From an uncultured virus (IMG/VR IMGVR_UViG_3300049846_001482) (taxonomy: Duplodnaviria > Heunggongvirae > Uroviricota > Caudoviricetes): DNA of 64,000 nt. The DNA lies in the IMG/VR virus record IMGVR_UViG_3300049846_001482; one strand, 5' to 3'. Shown piece after piece: positions 1 through 8,794 of this stretch. The notes below the pieces were generated by a model. The model was given only the letters and a program-made list of their open reading frames with translations. It was not told the DNA's origin and searched no databases. The position numbers were made by a program, and so were the translations under genes. How positions within the stretch are numbered: position 1 is the stretch's first letter; each line of letters opens with the position of its first letter.

Positions 1-20
1 ATGAAGCCCATGTCATCCTC

Positions 21-1010
21 CTACTTCTTAGCCATGCTCAGAGCCACCTTGAGAGCCTTCTCCTTGATGGCGGCTCCCGAACCGAACTGGGTGGCGTTGA
101 ACCGAGCCTCGTCCTTGCTCTTGAAGGAGTCGGTCAGGCGGGTTCCACGCTCATGGTCAGCCCAGTAGGTGATGGCGTTGACAGCGCCCCACAGCGTCCC
201 CTTGGCCGAAGCCAGGTTGGCACCAGGGCTCGACACAAAAGCCTCCTTCACCTCGTCCACCGTCTCCTTCTTGCGGCCTTCCTTCGCCTCCAGGTCGAAG
301 CCCATGAGGTCCAAGAACTCGTCCAGCTTGGCCGTGTTGACCCTCACCTCGGTCAGACGCTTCGCCTGCTCCTCGAAGGTGCGGAACTGCTCCTGGATGA
401 GCCCCAGAGCATCACGGGCCGAGTCCACCTTCTCCTCCATCTTCGTGGAGTGACGGATGCGGTAGATGTCCCCGTTCTCCGAAGCCTCCTTCACGGCAAT
501 GCGGAGGGTGTTGTTGCAGACCACACGGGTCGTGGTCAGAGCCAGCGTCACCCGCATCGAACCATCGTGGGCGTTGGCGCAGAGCAGGTACTTGTTGATG
601 AGGTCATTGCCCTTGAGGCTGATGACCCCCTTGAGCTGGGACAGCACCCAGATGCGCTCCCCACGCCCCAGAGCCCCAGCCGTCTCGATGGTGGCTTCCT
701 TGAGCCCCAAGATGCCATCGATGAAGGAGAACGCCACTCGGTTCTGCAGCGGCGTGTAGACCCCACCCACCACGCCCAAGTTCTCCTGCGTGTCGGTGCG
801 GACCATGCTGAACTTGTCCTCGATCTTCTCCATCACCTTCGCCTTCCCCACCGTCTTCTCGAAGTAGATGGGGCGCTTCTCCACCTGCCAGTCCAGCCCA
901 GCGGCTTTGATGGCTTCCTTGGTGGTGAGCGTTCCCTGCACCACCGTTCCGATCTTATGCCAGGGCATGACTCCCGACCCCGACACCATGGTTTGGACTT
1001 TGGCTGGCAT
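21..1010 (-). CDS. DUF932/DUF945 family phage/plasmid-like protein (TIGR03299-like)
   Basis: Motifs PWHKIG, AGLDWQV, YTPLQN, ETAGALGRGERIW, HDGS, RVVCNNTL, GTLWGAVNAIT. Start moved to ATG 1010, which has AGGAGG 6 nt upstream. Confidence 0.85.
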   Translation of the reverse strand: MPAKVQTMVSGSGVMPWHKIGTVVQGTLTTKEAIKAAGLDWQVEKRPIYFEKTVGKAKVMEKIEDKFSMVRTDTQENLGVVGGVYTPLQNRVAFSFIDGILGLKEATIETAGALGRGERIWVLSQLKGVISLKGNDLINKYLLCANAHDGSMRVTLALTTTRVVCNNTLRIAVKEASENGDIYRIRHSTKMEEKVDSARDALGLIQEQFRTFEEQAKRLTEVRVNTAKLDEFLDLMGFDLEAKEGRKKETVDEVKEAFVSSPGANLASAKGTLWGAVNAITYWADHERGTRLTDSFKSKDEARFNATQFGSGAAIKEKALKVALSMAKK

Positions 1011-1038
1011 GGCTGACCTCCTGTAAAGAGTATGGCTT

Positions 1039-1067
1039 ATACTACGATAAACGGTACTCCTTGTCAA
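1039..1067 (-). promoter_or_regulatory. sigma70-like promoter
   Basis: TTGACA-17-TAGTAT upstream of the DUF932 gene. Confidence 0.7.
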
Positions 1068-1246
1068 GCCCCTCCCCATAAGTGGTATTTACCGCCTGTT
1101 CGTTACACTTTCAAACCTCATATATAAGAAGGGGCTACAGAAGTTGTAATTTCAAATTCGTCGATCTTTTATAACCTAATACTTAAGTACAAAGCTCTTA
1201 AAGATCTAAGAGCTAAGCTCTTAAGTACTAGCCAGGGAATTCGAGC

Positions 1247-1268
1247 CACTTACTTAAATTTAAGTAGA
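1247..1268. repeat. 22-bp repeat copy 1 containing the 16-bp palindrome TACTTAAATTTAAGTA
   Basis: CACTTACTTAAATTTAAGTAGA is identical to 5404-5425. Confidence 0.9.
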
Positions 1269-1307
1269 TATAGCTTACCTCGCAGTAAAGATTCTTTACC
1301 GGCAATG

Positions 1308-1349
1308 AAAAAGGGCAACCCCTGTTTATGGGATTGCCCTTCTTCTTTT
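1308..1349. terminator. intrinsic terminator, possibly bidirectional
   Basis: AAGGGCAA...TTGCCCTT stem flanked by A and T runs, just past the stop of the 1370 gene. Confidence 0.7.
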
Positions 1350-1369
1350 ACCGCTTCTTCTTACCGACC

Positions 1370-1849
1370 TTAATCCGCTTTCGGCTCTTGCCCTTCCGTA
1401 GCGTTGCCATTGGTAGCCTCCTTTCCTTTCTTGAAGTCACCATAGGTATCCCGCAGCCGCTCCAGCAACCTTTCGTTCTTCTTCTTATCCGTGTTAGAAA
1501 GGAAGTTCTCCAAGTCGTTCAAGATGACAGCCAACTTATGGTTGTCGGCTACAGCGGTTTCCTTGCTGCCATCATAGATGAAGGTGGCCATCTCCGTGTG
1601 GTAGTCAGCCATCATCTCAAAGACAACACGCTCGTAGACTTCCTCTGAGATGAACATGAACATCACCCAGACTGGAATTCCCCACCATCCCATAAAATGG
1701 AAGGCAACCACATAGACCGCAGCATTAACCAGAAGATGCAGAGGCGTCAGCCTGTGGTGAAAACGCCCATAACGCATGAACTGATAAACCAGCCAATCAC
1801 GGCGGTTCTTCAAGTCTGCATCAGGACGGGGAATATAGTCCAGTCTCAT
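1370..1849 (-). CDS. hypothetical membrane protein
   Basis: Two hydrophobic segments; ATGA overlap with neighbour. Confidence 0.65.
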   Translation of the reverse strand: MRLDYIPRPDADLKNRRDWLVYQFMRYGRFHHRLTPLHLLVNAAVYVVAFHFMGWWGIPVWVMFMFISEEVYERVVFEMMADYHTEMATFIYDGSKETAVADNHKLAVILNDLENFLSNTDKKKNERLLERLRDTYGDFKKGKEATNGNATEGQEPKAD

Positions 1850-2079
1850 CTGGAGGCCTCAACGTTTTCATAGCGAGACTTCTTCACCTTATTCAGAGGA
1901 ACCTCGCAGATGGAGCCATCATCTCGGCGGACAATCAAGCGGGGGATCATAGTGCCGAGCGAGCCCACCACTATTCCATTGTCCAGTTCCATCTCCCCAT
2001 TCTTGCCGTAGTTGACGGACATGACATCGCCCCAGAAGACTCGGAGCATCACGGTGAGAACCAGCAAGGCCTTCTTCAT
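1846..2079 (-). CDS. hypothetical protein with signal-like N-terminus
   Basis: MKKALLVLTV; ATGA overlaps. Confidence 0.6.
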   Translation of the reverse strand: MKKALLVLTVMLRVFWGDVMSVNYGKNGEMELDNGIVVGSLGTMIPRLIVRRDDGSICEVPLNKVKKSRYENVEASR

Positions 2080-2435
2080 TTTACCACCTTTTTAGGGATG
2101 AGGCCTGCCTTCTTCAACCGCTTGGTCACATCAGCATCAAACTTGTTGATGGCCTTGATGAAACCCTTGTTGGTCTTATCCTTCTTGAGCAGTTTTTCGG
2201 CCTCGAACATGTACTTGTTGTAGCCGTTGAGGCAGAACAGCAGGGCCTCCGCCTTCGTAGAGTATCTGCCAGCCATGTCCTCCAGCTCTTTCATCAACTT
2301 GTCGATGAAGATACCCTGGTCCTTCAACAACTTGCTCTTCTTCTTGTTCTCATCCAGGAGTCTGAGGGCCTGCTGATTAGATTCAGAGGCCACCCGCAGA
2401 ACCCTCAAGGCCTGAGCCTTTGTGAGCGTCTTCAC
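2076..2435 (-). CDS. hypothetical coiled-coil protein
   Basis: Overlap-coupled to the ligase stop. Confidence 0.6.
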   Translation of the reverse strand: MKTLTKAQALRVLRVASESNQQALRLLDENKKKSKLLKDQGIFIDKLMKELEDMAGRYSTKAEALLFCLNGYNKYMFEAEKLLKKDKTNKGFIKAINKFDADVTKRLKKAGLIPKKVVK

Positions 2436-3322
2436 ATATCCCCCTTATCCCTGAACCCCTTGAAGACAGGAAAACGAGGCCTGTCTTCTCCACCCTCTTT
2501 CTGGTACTTGTAAACCACGATGGCCCCTTGCAGTTTCTTGCGGTCTCCCCAGATCTTCTTCCGCAAGGCCTGGTCAAAGCCGGTGCCGATCTTGAAGTCC
2601 ACGCCCTTGAAGTCCCCATTGACCCCACGAACCACCAAGGCCCCCAGCGTATCCTTGCCCTCCAGATTCTCCTGTGAGGTGCTGCGCTTGGTTCGGCCGA
2701 AGTTGTCCTTCTCGGCCTCGTTGTTGTTCTTCATCTCTTCTTCGAAGCCCTCAATGGTGGCCTCGGCGTCCTTGAACCGCTTGACCTTCACCAAGTCCAA
2801 GGCCTTAGCCGTTCCACGCCCACACTTGTAAGCCGAGGAGGCCTTCCGCAGCATGATGCCTTCGAAGCCTTCGCTCAAGCATTCCTTCTCGTAGGCCTCC
2901 AACTCCTTGATGTTGTTCAACACAACAGGAAGGACAAGGACACACCACTTGGGAAGCTTGAGGGCCTTGAGGTCTTTGAGACGATCCTCATAGGGCCTCT
3001 TGAGGTCGCCCTTTACATAGTCGAAGACGTGGTATTCGAATTCGGGCTCACCATCATGCCGCATGACGTTGCCCGTAGTGTCGTTGAAGGTTCCGCTGAC
3101 CAGTTCACCGTCGAGGCCGTCGGGTAGGGCCTCCGTGCAGGTCTTGAAGATGTGCTTGTTGGGGATGTTCTTGAAAGTCCGACTCAGCAACTTGCCACCC
3201 ACCATCAACGCCCGAATGCCATCATACTTCGGCGTGGCCAGAAGAGGAAAGGTCAACACGGAACCGAGGTCTTCCAGCTCCTCATCGCTGAACTTCCCAG
3301 ACAACATCGGCTTGGTAATCAT
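2432..3322 (-). CDS. lig: ATP-dependent DNA ligase (minimal phage type)
   Basis: KYDGIR adenylation motif, LDGEL, FDY, EGIMLR, KVKRF, RFPVFKGFR. Start placed at MITKP, downstream of the promoter. Confidence 0.92.
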   Translation of the reverse strand: MITKPMLSGKFSDEELEDLGSVLTFPLLATPKYDGIRALMVGGKLLSRTFKNIPNKHIFKTCTEALPDGLDGELVSGTFNDTTGNVMRHDGEPEFEYHVFDYVKGDLKRPYEDRLKDLKALKLPKWCVLVLPVVLNNIKELEAYEKECLSEGFEGIMLRKASSAYKCGRGTAKALDLVKVKRFKDAEATIEGFEEEMKNNNEAEKDNFGRTKRSTSQENLEGKDTLGALVVRGVNGDFKGVDFKIGTGFDQALRKKIWGDRKKLQGAIVVYKYQKEGGEDRPRFPVFKGFRDKGDM

Positions 3323-3347
3323 GGTAGGCCCCTTGAGTGTTTCAACC

Positions 3348-3376
3348 ATAGTATGACTTTCTCCTCTACTTGTCAA
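3348..3376 (-). promoter_or_regulatory. sigma70-like promoter
   Basis: TTGACA-17-TACTAT upstream of the ligase. Confidence 0.75.
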
Positions 3377-3612
3377 GCCGCCTGAGGCCAATCAATGAAG
3401 TTGTCTACCACCTTGATGTTAGGTTTCTTGACAACCTTTTTCTTGGGCTTGGCCTTAGCCCTTTCCTTTACATCCCTCTCAGCAGCCTCATGGGCCTCTT
3501 CCCTTGTGGCATACCAAGCATAGTTCTTGGAATAGCCATACGCATCCACCTCTCCGATGACCCTATCAATCTCTTCCTTTATTTTGTCGTAAGCCGTTTT
3601 GTAGGTCTTCAT
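3373..3612 (-). CDS. hypothetical protein, C-terminal VDNFID motif
   Basis: ORF track; TGATG overlap. Confidence 0.6.
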   Translation of the reverse strand: MKTYKTAYDKIKEEIDRVIGEVDAYGYSKNYAWYATREEAHEAAERDVKERAKAKPKKKVVKKPNIKVVDNFIDWPQAA

Positions 3613-3794
3613 CAGACATCCAAGAAGTCGTCTATTTTTTTGATCTGTTCAGGGGTAGGCCTATTGTTCTGCATCTCATAGACCATATCCCCTACAATCT
3701 TTACATAGTTCAAGGCCTTGCCTTCATCCATGTAACCCTGAGATATGGCGGCATAGGACTCAAGGATGCTATTGAAATAACTGTAGTTAGCCAT
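3612..3794 (-). CDS. hypothetical protein, C-terminal IDDFLDV
   Basis: ORF track; TGATG overlap. Confidence 0.6.
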   Translation of the reverse strand: MANYSYFNSILESYAAISQGYMDEGKALNYVKIVGDMVYEMQNNRPTPEQIKKIDDFLDV

Positions 3795-3913
3795 CAGATA
3801 TCCAAGAAATCATCTACGAGGCCTACCCTCATTTCAACGGGCAACTCATAGGGATCTTCTTTTTTGTAATACGAGATGTTCTCATAATGAACAATCTCAT
3901 CCATCACACCCAT
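3794..3913 (-). CDS. 39-aa hypothetical protein, C-terminal VDDFLDI
   Basis: Hand translation MGVMDEIVHY...GLVDDFLDI*; below the ORF-track cutoff. Confidence 0.55.
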   Translation of the reverse strand: MGVMDEIVHYENISYYKKEDPYELPVEMRVGLVDDFLDI

Positions 3914-3917
3914 AGTC

Positions 3918-4121
3918 CTACCCCAAGAATCGGTCTATCTTCTTGATCTTATTTCGCCACTCTTGATGAACACTTTCTTTTTCTGCCTCCACAAATAACC
4001 AGAAGGCCACCCCTATAAGCAGGATGATCAAAAGAACCAGTATGGCAATGCCCGCTAGAAGGAAAGCCGCTGCCAACCCCATAGGCCTACCCCAGATCGA
4101 GCATATTGTCGATGACCTCAA
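3918..4121 (-). CDS. small membrane protein ending IDRFLG
   Basis: Long hydrophobic helix; start uncertain. Confidence 0.55.
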   Translation of the reverse strand: MRSSTICSIWGRPMGLAAAFLLAGIAILVLLIILLIGVAFWLFVEAEKESVHQEWRNKIKKIDRFLG

Positions 4122-4263
4122 GCTTCAAAGCCTGAGGCCTCTGGTCATATAAAACAATCTCTTCCCCAGCGGCCTCCATAGCCATCATCAATGCCCCCAA
4201 CTTGGAAGCATCAAACCTAATACTGCTCCCGTTGGACCACGATACTATGTCTCTCGGATTCAT
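4087..4263 (-). CDS. hypothetical protein ending IDNMLDLG
   Basis: Start MNPRD after GGGAGG and a sigma70-like promoter. Confidence 0.55.
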   Translation of the reverse strand: MNPRDIVSWSNGSSIRFDASKLGALMMAMEAAGEEIVLYDQRPQALKLEVIDNMLDLG

Positions 4264-4284
4264 CTGAGGCCTCCCCTTTATTTC

Positions 4285-4314
4285 ACAATAATACTTTTCC
4301 ACCCTACTTGTCAA
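4285..4314 (-). promoter_or_regulatory. sigma70-like promoter
   Basis: TTGACA-18-TATTGT. Confidence 0.55.
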
Positions 4315-4345
4315 TAAAAAAGCCTACGAGGAAAACCCCGTAGGC
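4315..4345 (-). terminator. intrinsic terminator
   Basis: GCCTACG/CGTAGGC stem followed by a T-run on the minus strand. Confidence 0.65.
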
Positions 4346-4720
4346 CTCTGCAGTTATGTTGTCAGGTTTACTTAAACGTCTTCTGCCCTCTGTCTACGGC
4401 AGGCATCACACATCCAATGAGGCCTCATGTCGTTATAGATCTCAGCCGCAAATGGGTCAGGCCCCCAGTGACATTCAACCTCAGAGTGGCAAGAAGGACA
4501 TACCATCTGCTTGGTCTTAACTGTGGGTTCCCCATCTGCTCCAAACGGCATTAGATCTCCTCGGCCTCCTCTGGCAGCAACTCCCCAGAGGCAACCAAAT
4601 CAAAGAACTCCTTGTTCGTCAGATGCCCATACTTCTCAAGGGCATCCAAGTGGAGCTCAAAGTGCCTGACTTCTTGGTTGGTATTGTTTTCCATGACAGG
4701 CCTCCTCTCTTTCTACTTAA

Positions 4721-4749
4721 AACTTACTACTTTGTCTCTTACTTGTCAA
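4721..4749 (-). promoter_or_regulatory. sigma70-like promoter
   Basis: TTGACA-17-TAAGTT. Confidence 0.5.
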
Positions 4750-5102
4750 CGCATATTTACTACTTCTTTGGTAATGTCATACCTTTTCTTTGAGGCCTCC
4801 CCTGTCTTCTCGTCCACCTTGATCCTCTCATTGATGAACATAGGGTTCTTTCCAAACTCCCCACGATAGTTTAACCTGCGGGCCTCTAACAAAGTCTTGC
4901 CCCAAAGATCTTCCCCAGTATTTTCAAAAAGAGTTTTCCCATTGAAAATAATAGATGCCGTATTGGTCGCATCCTCAAACCTGATGATGACCTGAGGCCT
5001 CCCCTCTACCTGAGCAGTCTTTACAAGTTGGCAACTACGAGCAATTCTGTCGAAGGCCTCCCTGTTTGTCTCTTTACTGTATATCAATGAACGATAATTC
5101 AT
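4746..5102 (-). CDS. hypothetical protein (MNYRSLIY...)
   Basis: AGGAG RBS before ATG 5102. Confidence 0.6.
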   Translation of the reverse strand: MNYRSLIYSKETNREAFDRIARSCQLVKTAQVEGRPQVIIRFEDATNTASIIFNGKTLFENTGEDLWGKTLLEARRLNYRGEFGKNPMFINERIKVDEKTGEASKKRYDITKEVVNMR

Positions 5103-5403
5103 TCCAGTTTCTCCTGTTAGAATAGTTTGTGAAAAATAGTGCAAGGCCTCTAATCCTGATTATACGACATTCGTCAACACACTTTCAGATTTACCCTTAG
5201 GCCTCCTCTCTTTTCTTCTCAATAAAGCTATGAGGCCTACCCTGCTCACTTGCTTAACTCTTAAACACCTGAGGCCTATATCTTGTGGCCTACCTCTGTA
5301 TGGTTTGTTCTGAATTTCACAAAGTCTTTCACAATATGAAAAAGGCCTCTACGCATTTACAAGGCTTTTCTGAGACAACCCAAAAGGCCTTGCGCCACAT
5401 AGA

Positions 5404-5425
5404 CACTTACTTAAATTTAAGTAGA
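5404..5425. repeat. 22-bp repeat copy 2 with 16-bp palindrome
   Basis: Identical to 1247-1268. Confidence 0.9.
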
Positions 5426-5608
5426 ACATGACAAGAGACTTAGAATGAATCAGAAATATCTTTGAACCAGAGGCCTCTATGGGTTTGTTTGTACCTGCCA
5501 TTTTAAGCCCCTCAAATTCCTTTGGACATATCAGACAAGGGGGTAGGCCTCTGCAGATTTTTAACTATCCTCTTGACATTGTATTCAAACTATGAGAGAC
5601 TGGAAGAT

Positions 5609-5809
5609 TTACTTCAAGGCCTTCCCACAATGAGGGCAAATGTCCAACTCAGTCTTTCCAAAGGATTCGTTGACTTCCTTAGCGGCTGTTCCTACTCCTG
5701 GCATAACTGTGTTCATGACTGCTTGGCCTATGGGACTATTGGCTGGTGAACCTGCTGGGAAGACATCTGCTTTCTTGTAAATCAAATCTCTGTAGCTAGC
5801 TTTATTCAT
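5609..5809 (-). CDS. small protein MNKASYRDLIYKKADV... with C-terminal CPHC
   Basis: ORF track; downstream of a TATA-N5 motif. Confidence 0.55.
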   Translation of the reverse strand: MNKASYRDLIYKKADVFPAGSPANSPIGQAVMNTVMPGVGTAAKEVNESFGKTELDICPHCGKALK

Positions 5810-5860
5810 GGGAGGCCTCTGTGGGTTTAATTGATCTCATCTTAAATTGATCTTCTAAGC

Positions 5861-5879
5861 TAATAGTAATTTATAAAAC
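5861..5879 (-). promoter_or_regulatory. putative phage (late) promoter motif
   Basis: GTTTTATA-AATTA-CTATTA on the minus strand. Confidence 0.5.
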
Positions 5880-6154
5880 ATTGATTGATCTTTGGACATA
5901 AAACAAATAACCCAACTCTGGGGATGATATGAGGGAGAATAGAGAGAGCTTCTAGACTCTCCACCCCTATTTGAATATCACTTTCCCACTTTCCTATCTT
6001 CCTTTTGTATCACTTGATGAGGAAAAGCCTTGTTAAATATAGATTGAGGCCTTTTGGGTCTATATGGGCATTTGTGGGATAGTTACCCATTTAAGCCAAG
6101 GTATTAGACATTACCAAGGGGTTAAAAAGTGGTTATTAGCCTTGGTGGTAGACA

Positions 6155-7639
6155 TTACTCTTGGACAGGGTAGGTAACATGGACTGATGATATATAGGGT
6201 AGAACTGCAGCAGCCGAGTCTGTTGCAAACAAGAGTCTCAGGTTGGTTCCGCTGGTATGGAAGTGAGCTGGTTGCACGGCATTGAAGTTAAAGCCTCCAG
6301 CAGTTTGGGAAAGGTTATAGATAGAAGTGGGGTTCAAATGGATCTCGCTGACGGTCAGGGGTCCAGGTGCAGGGAAATTGACTGGGACGGACAAGACATT
6401 TGTATAGGTCATAAGTCCTGTGGTAGTGGGAGAAAAGGCATTGGCTAGACCTCCTGATATCTCTATAAGTTGTCCACAATTATTGTTCCAGATGTAAGTA
6501 TTATCATTTGGAAGGATAGTAATATTAAGAGGTAGATTTAGGATGGCATTGCCTGTAGGAGTAGGACCGCCGATGCAAGAGTTTGAACCATTGCCATAGG
6601 GAGCGGTCTCAATGATTCCACCAGTACTGATGAACCTTATTCTTTGGTTGAATGAATCAGCAACATAGAATGAGCCATCTGGATTTACGAGTATTGAAGA
6701 ATAGGAAGCAAGGTTAAATTGTGCATCTACAGCATTACCTCCATCACCAGAGAAGCCAGGGCTACCATAGGTTCCAGCGACTTTGGAGATGATATTAGTA
6801 GCACTATTTATTTTTCTAACAGCAACCCCGCCTATTTCAAGGATATATAGATTATCGTCTGCATCTAGACCGAGGCCTGCGGGATAGTTAGTTGTAGCAG
6901 CCGCAGCATCACCACCGTCACCTGTTGAGGTAGCAGTTCCATCGCCGCAGATGGTGCTGATATTTCCATTGGTATCTACTTTTCTTACTCGATAATTTGT
7001 AGAGTCTCCGATATAGACATTTCCGAGGCTATCAACAGCGACACCGTGGGGTTGGCCAAGTTGGGCTGAAGTAGCGGGGCCTCCATCGCCGGAGAAGCCG
7101 TCTGATCCTGTGCCAGCAAATGTGACAGCATCACCGTAACTAACAAGATCAATGACATATATTCTATAGCCTGTGGCGGCGACATAAGCTTTGGTTTCAT
7201 CGGCATTGATAGCAACTTGGGTAGGATTAGAGACCATCCAGCCTGAATGGAGTTCTATTATGAGGGTACCGTCATATCTCACTAATTTATAGCCGCCGCT
7301 GCCGTTACCTACGCCATAGAGTTTACCTGATACGGGTCCGGTGACAGAGTAGAGAGGTGCTGAAACAATAGGAGAAGTATCAAGTCTTTGGGTTAGATAT
7401 AAGACTTGAACAGGGCCTACAGGAGTTTTGGACAGGGTTATATTCTGGGTGGTGCCGGTATTATTATTGAGGGTCAGGGTCTCAGAAAATAGTGATACTG
7501 TGAGGGCAGGATTGGTACCCAGAGTATTTTGAATAGCGACAACGGATGATTGTAGGTTATTGACATCGGCGGCCAATACATCATCGACATTATCAACTTT
7601 AGTGGTGAAAGAATCTATTCCTGTAGGGTAGACGGACAT
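6155..7639 (-). CDS. NHL-repeat beta-propeller protein, probable virion fibre/adhesin
   Basis: Repeated GDGGxAxxAxL..PxGxxVD..GNxYIxD NHL units; N-terminal 42 aa shared with 45461..46675. Confidence 0.85.
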   Translation of the reverse strand: MSVYPTGIDSFTTKVDNVDDVLAADVNNLQSSVVAIQNTLGTNPALTVSLFSETLTLNNNTGTTQNITLSKTPVGPVQVLYLTQRLDTSPIVSAPLYSVTGPVSGKLYGVGNGSGGYKLVRYDGTLIIELHSGWMVSNPTQVAINADETKAYVAATGYRIYVIDLVSYGDAVTFAGTGSDGFSGDGGPATSAQLGQPHGVAVDSLGNVYIGDSTNYRVRKVDTNGNISTICGDGTATSTGDGGDAAAATTNYPAGLGLDADDNLYILEIGGVAVRKINSATNIISKVAGTYGSPGFSGDGGNAVDAQFNLASYSSILVNPDGSFYVADSFNQRIRFISTGGIIETAPYGNGSNSCIGGPTPTGNAILNLPLNITILPNDNTYIWNNNCGQLIEISGGLANAFSPTTTGLMTYTNVLSVPVNFPAPGPLTVSEIHLNPTSIYNLSQTAGGFNFNAVQPAHFHTSGTNLRLLFATDSAAAVLPYISSVHVTYPVQE

Positions 7640-7672
7640 GGGGTTCTCCTGAAAAAATTGGGTCGTTCAATG

Positions 7673-7691
7673 TATTACAAAAATATAAAAG
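7673..7691 (-). promoter_or_regulatory. putative phage (late) promoter motif
   Basis: CTTTTATA-TTTTT-GTAATA upstream of the NHL gene. Confidence 0.65.
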
Positions 7692-7698
7692 ATGGGGA

Positions 7699-7727
7699 TT
7701 GACAGGGGTGGGATAAATATGTAAGGC
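7699..7727 (+). promoter_or_regulatory. sigma70-like promoter (weak -10)
   Basis: TTGACA-17-TAAGGC, then AGGAG RBS before ATG 7738. Confidence 0.45.
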
Positions 7728-7737
7728 TTAGGAGCCC

Positions 7738-7974
7738 ATGAATAGATTGCTCTTTGCATCGGGGAAGGTCATAGATAAGCCCAAGTATCATCTTGGGAAG
7801 ATATTGACGTTGAAGAAGGGTAGAGACCCCAACGACTGGGCAAAAGAACTAGAGATCGTTGGCAGGCATATAGATGGAAGGTGGATTGTTGTGGCTACTC
7901 AGAGGATGTATCCTGATGCAGCCCGCACACCTGGACCATTGGATATAGAATATTTGGATACCTACTATGAATAG
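7738..7974 (+). CDS. tag-B protein
   Basis: MNRLLFASGK. Confidence 0.7.
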   Translation: MNRLLFASGKVIDKPKYHLGKILTLKKGRDPNDWAKELEIVGRHIDGRWIVVATQRMYPDAARTPGPLDIEYLDTYYE

Positions 7975-8206
7975 ATTTAGATATCTAATGGGGTATACTA
8001 GGGCTCGATATCCGATGGTGGGAGATAGGGTGAGGGATATTGCTACGGGAGAGGTTTTCACTATCTATAAGATCGCTCCTTGGGGAAAGAGAGAGGGTTC
8101 GTATTTAGAGAGGAACTTCTATTACATCCAGCCCGCACCTGATGGAACAATCTGGTATTTGACTGCTGCTGACTTCAATGGGAAATATATTTATGAACCG
8201 AGCTAA
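7967..8206 (+). CDS. tag-B protein (SH3-like VGDRV)
   Basis: MNRFRYLMGY; 8-nt overlap. Confidence 0.7.
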   Translation: MNRFRYLMGYTRARYPMVGDRVRDIATGEVFTIYKIAPWGKREGSYLERNFYYIQPAPDGTIWYLTAADFNGKYIYEPS

Positions 8207-8513
8207 ATATATTTCTGGGGTCAAGATTCCTCGTAGAAGGCGTAGGCTTACTAGGAGGGCTTGTAGGATATGGGAAGATGAGGGTAACAGTAGATTTACT
8301 ATGCGTTTTGTTGGAGCTGAGATAGAGGTTTCTATTCATCCCCGCACTGGCGATATAGAATGGCAGATTTATAGCCTAGAGGGTGATGGAAGTGAGACTG
8401 TCTTTGGTTGGGGTAAAGCCGATTCCATTGAAGGGGCTCAGAGAGAGGGTTTAATAAGAATGAAGGATATATTGGATCGGGACAGAAGGAACCTTGTTCG
8501 GATAATGAAATGA
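8193..8513 (+). CDS. tag-B protein
   Basis: MNRAKYISGV; 14-nt overlap. Confidence 0.7.
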   Translation: MNRAKYISGVKIPRRRRRLTRRACRIWEDEGNSRFTMRFVGAEIEVSIHPRTGDIEWQIYSLEGDGSETVFGWGKADSIEGAQREGLIRMKDILDRDRRNLVRIMK

Positions 8514-8794
8514 ATAGGCTGAAATATATCAAAGGGCAAAAGAAGGGTAGGCCTAAGAGGTTTGCTTCCCGATGGATCAAGGGAAGGGATGGGGTCTATC
8601 GTAGGGATTTAGGGTCTATCTATCTCTATATCAAGCAGACAGATGAGAGTGATGTAGAGTGGAGGCAATGGGCTATTTTTATTTGCTATCAGCCGCAGAT
8701 GGGAAGTGGAATACTTCTGGCTCGGCTTGATACTTTAGAATCTGCTCAGGACTATGGACAGGAGTGGTTAGAGCGTATCATGGAGAATATGTGA
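8510..8794 (+). CDS. tag-B protein
   Basis: MNRLKYIKGQ. Confidence 0.7.
   Translation: MNRLKYIKGQKKGRPKRFASRWIKGRDGVYRRDLGSIYLYIKQTDESDVEWRQWAIFICYQPQMGSGILLARLDTLESAQDYGQEWLERIMENM

Noticed and set aside
153..1016. 287-aa plus-strand ORF and similar antisense ORFs (e.g. 40931-41410, 41720-42325, 58375-58881)
   Set aside because: These are shadows of well-supported opposite-strand genes with biased codon usage, and they have no RBS or motifs.
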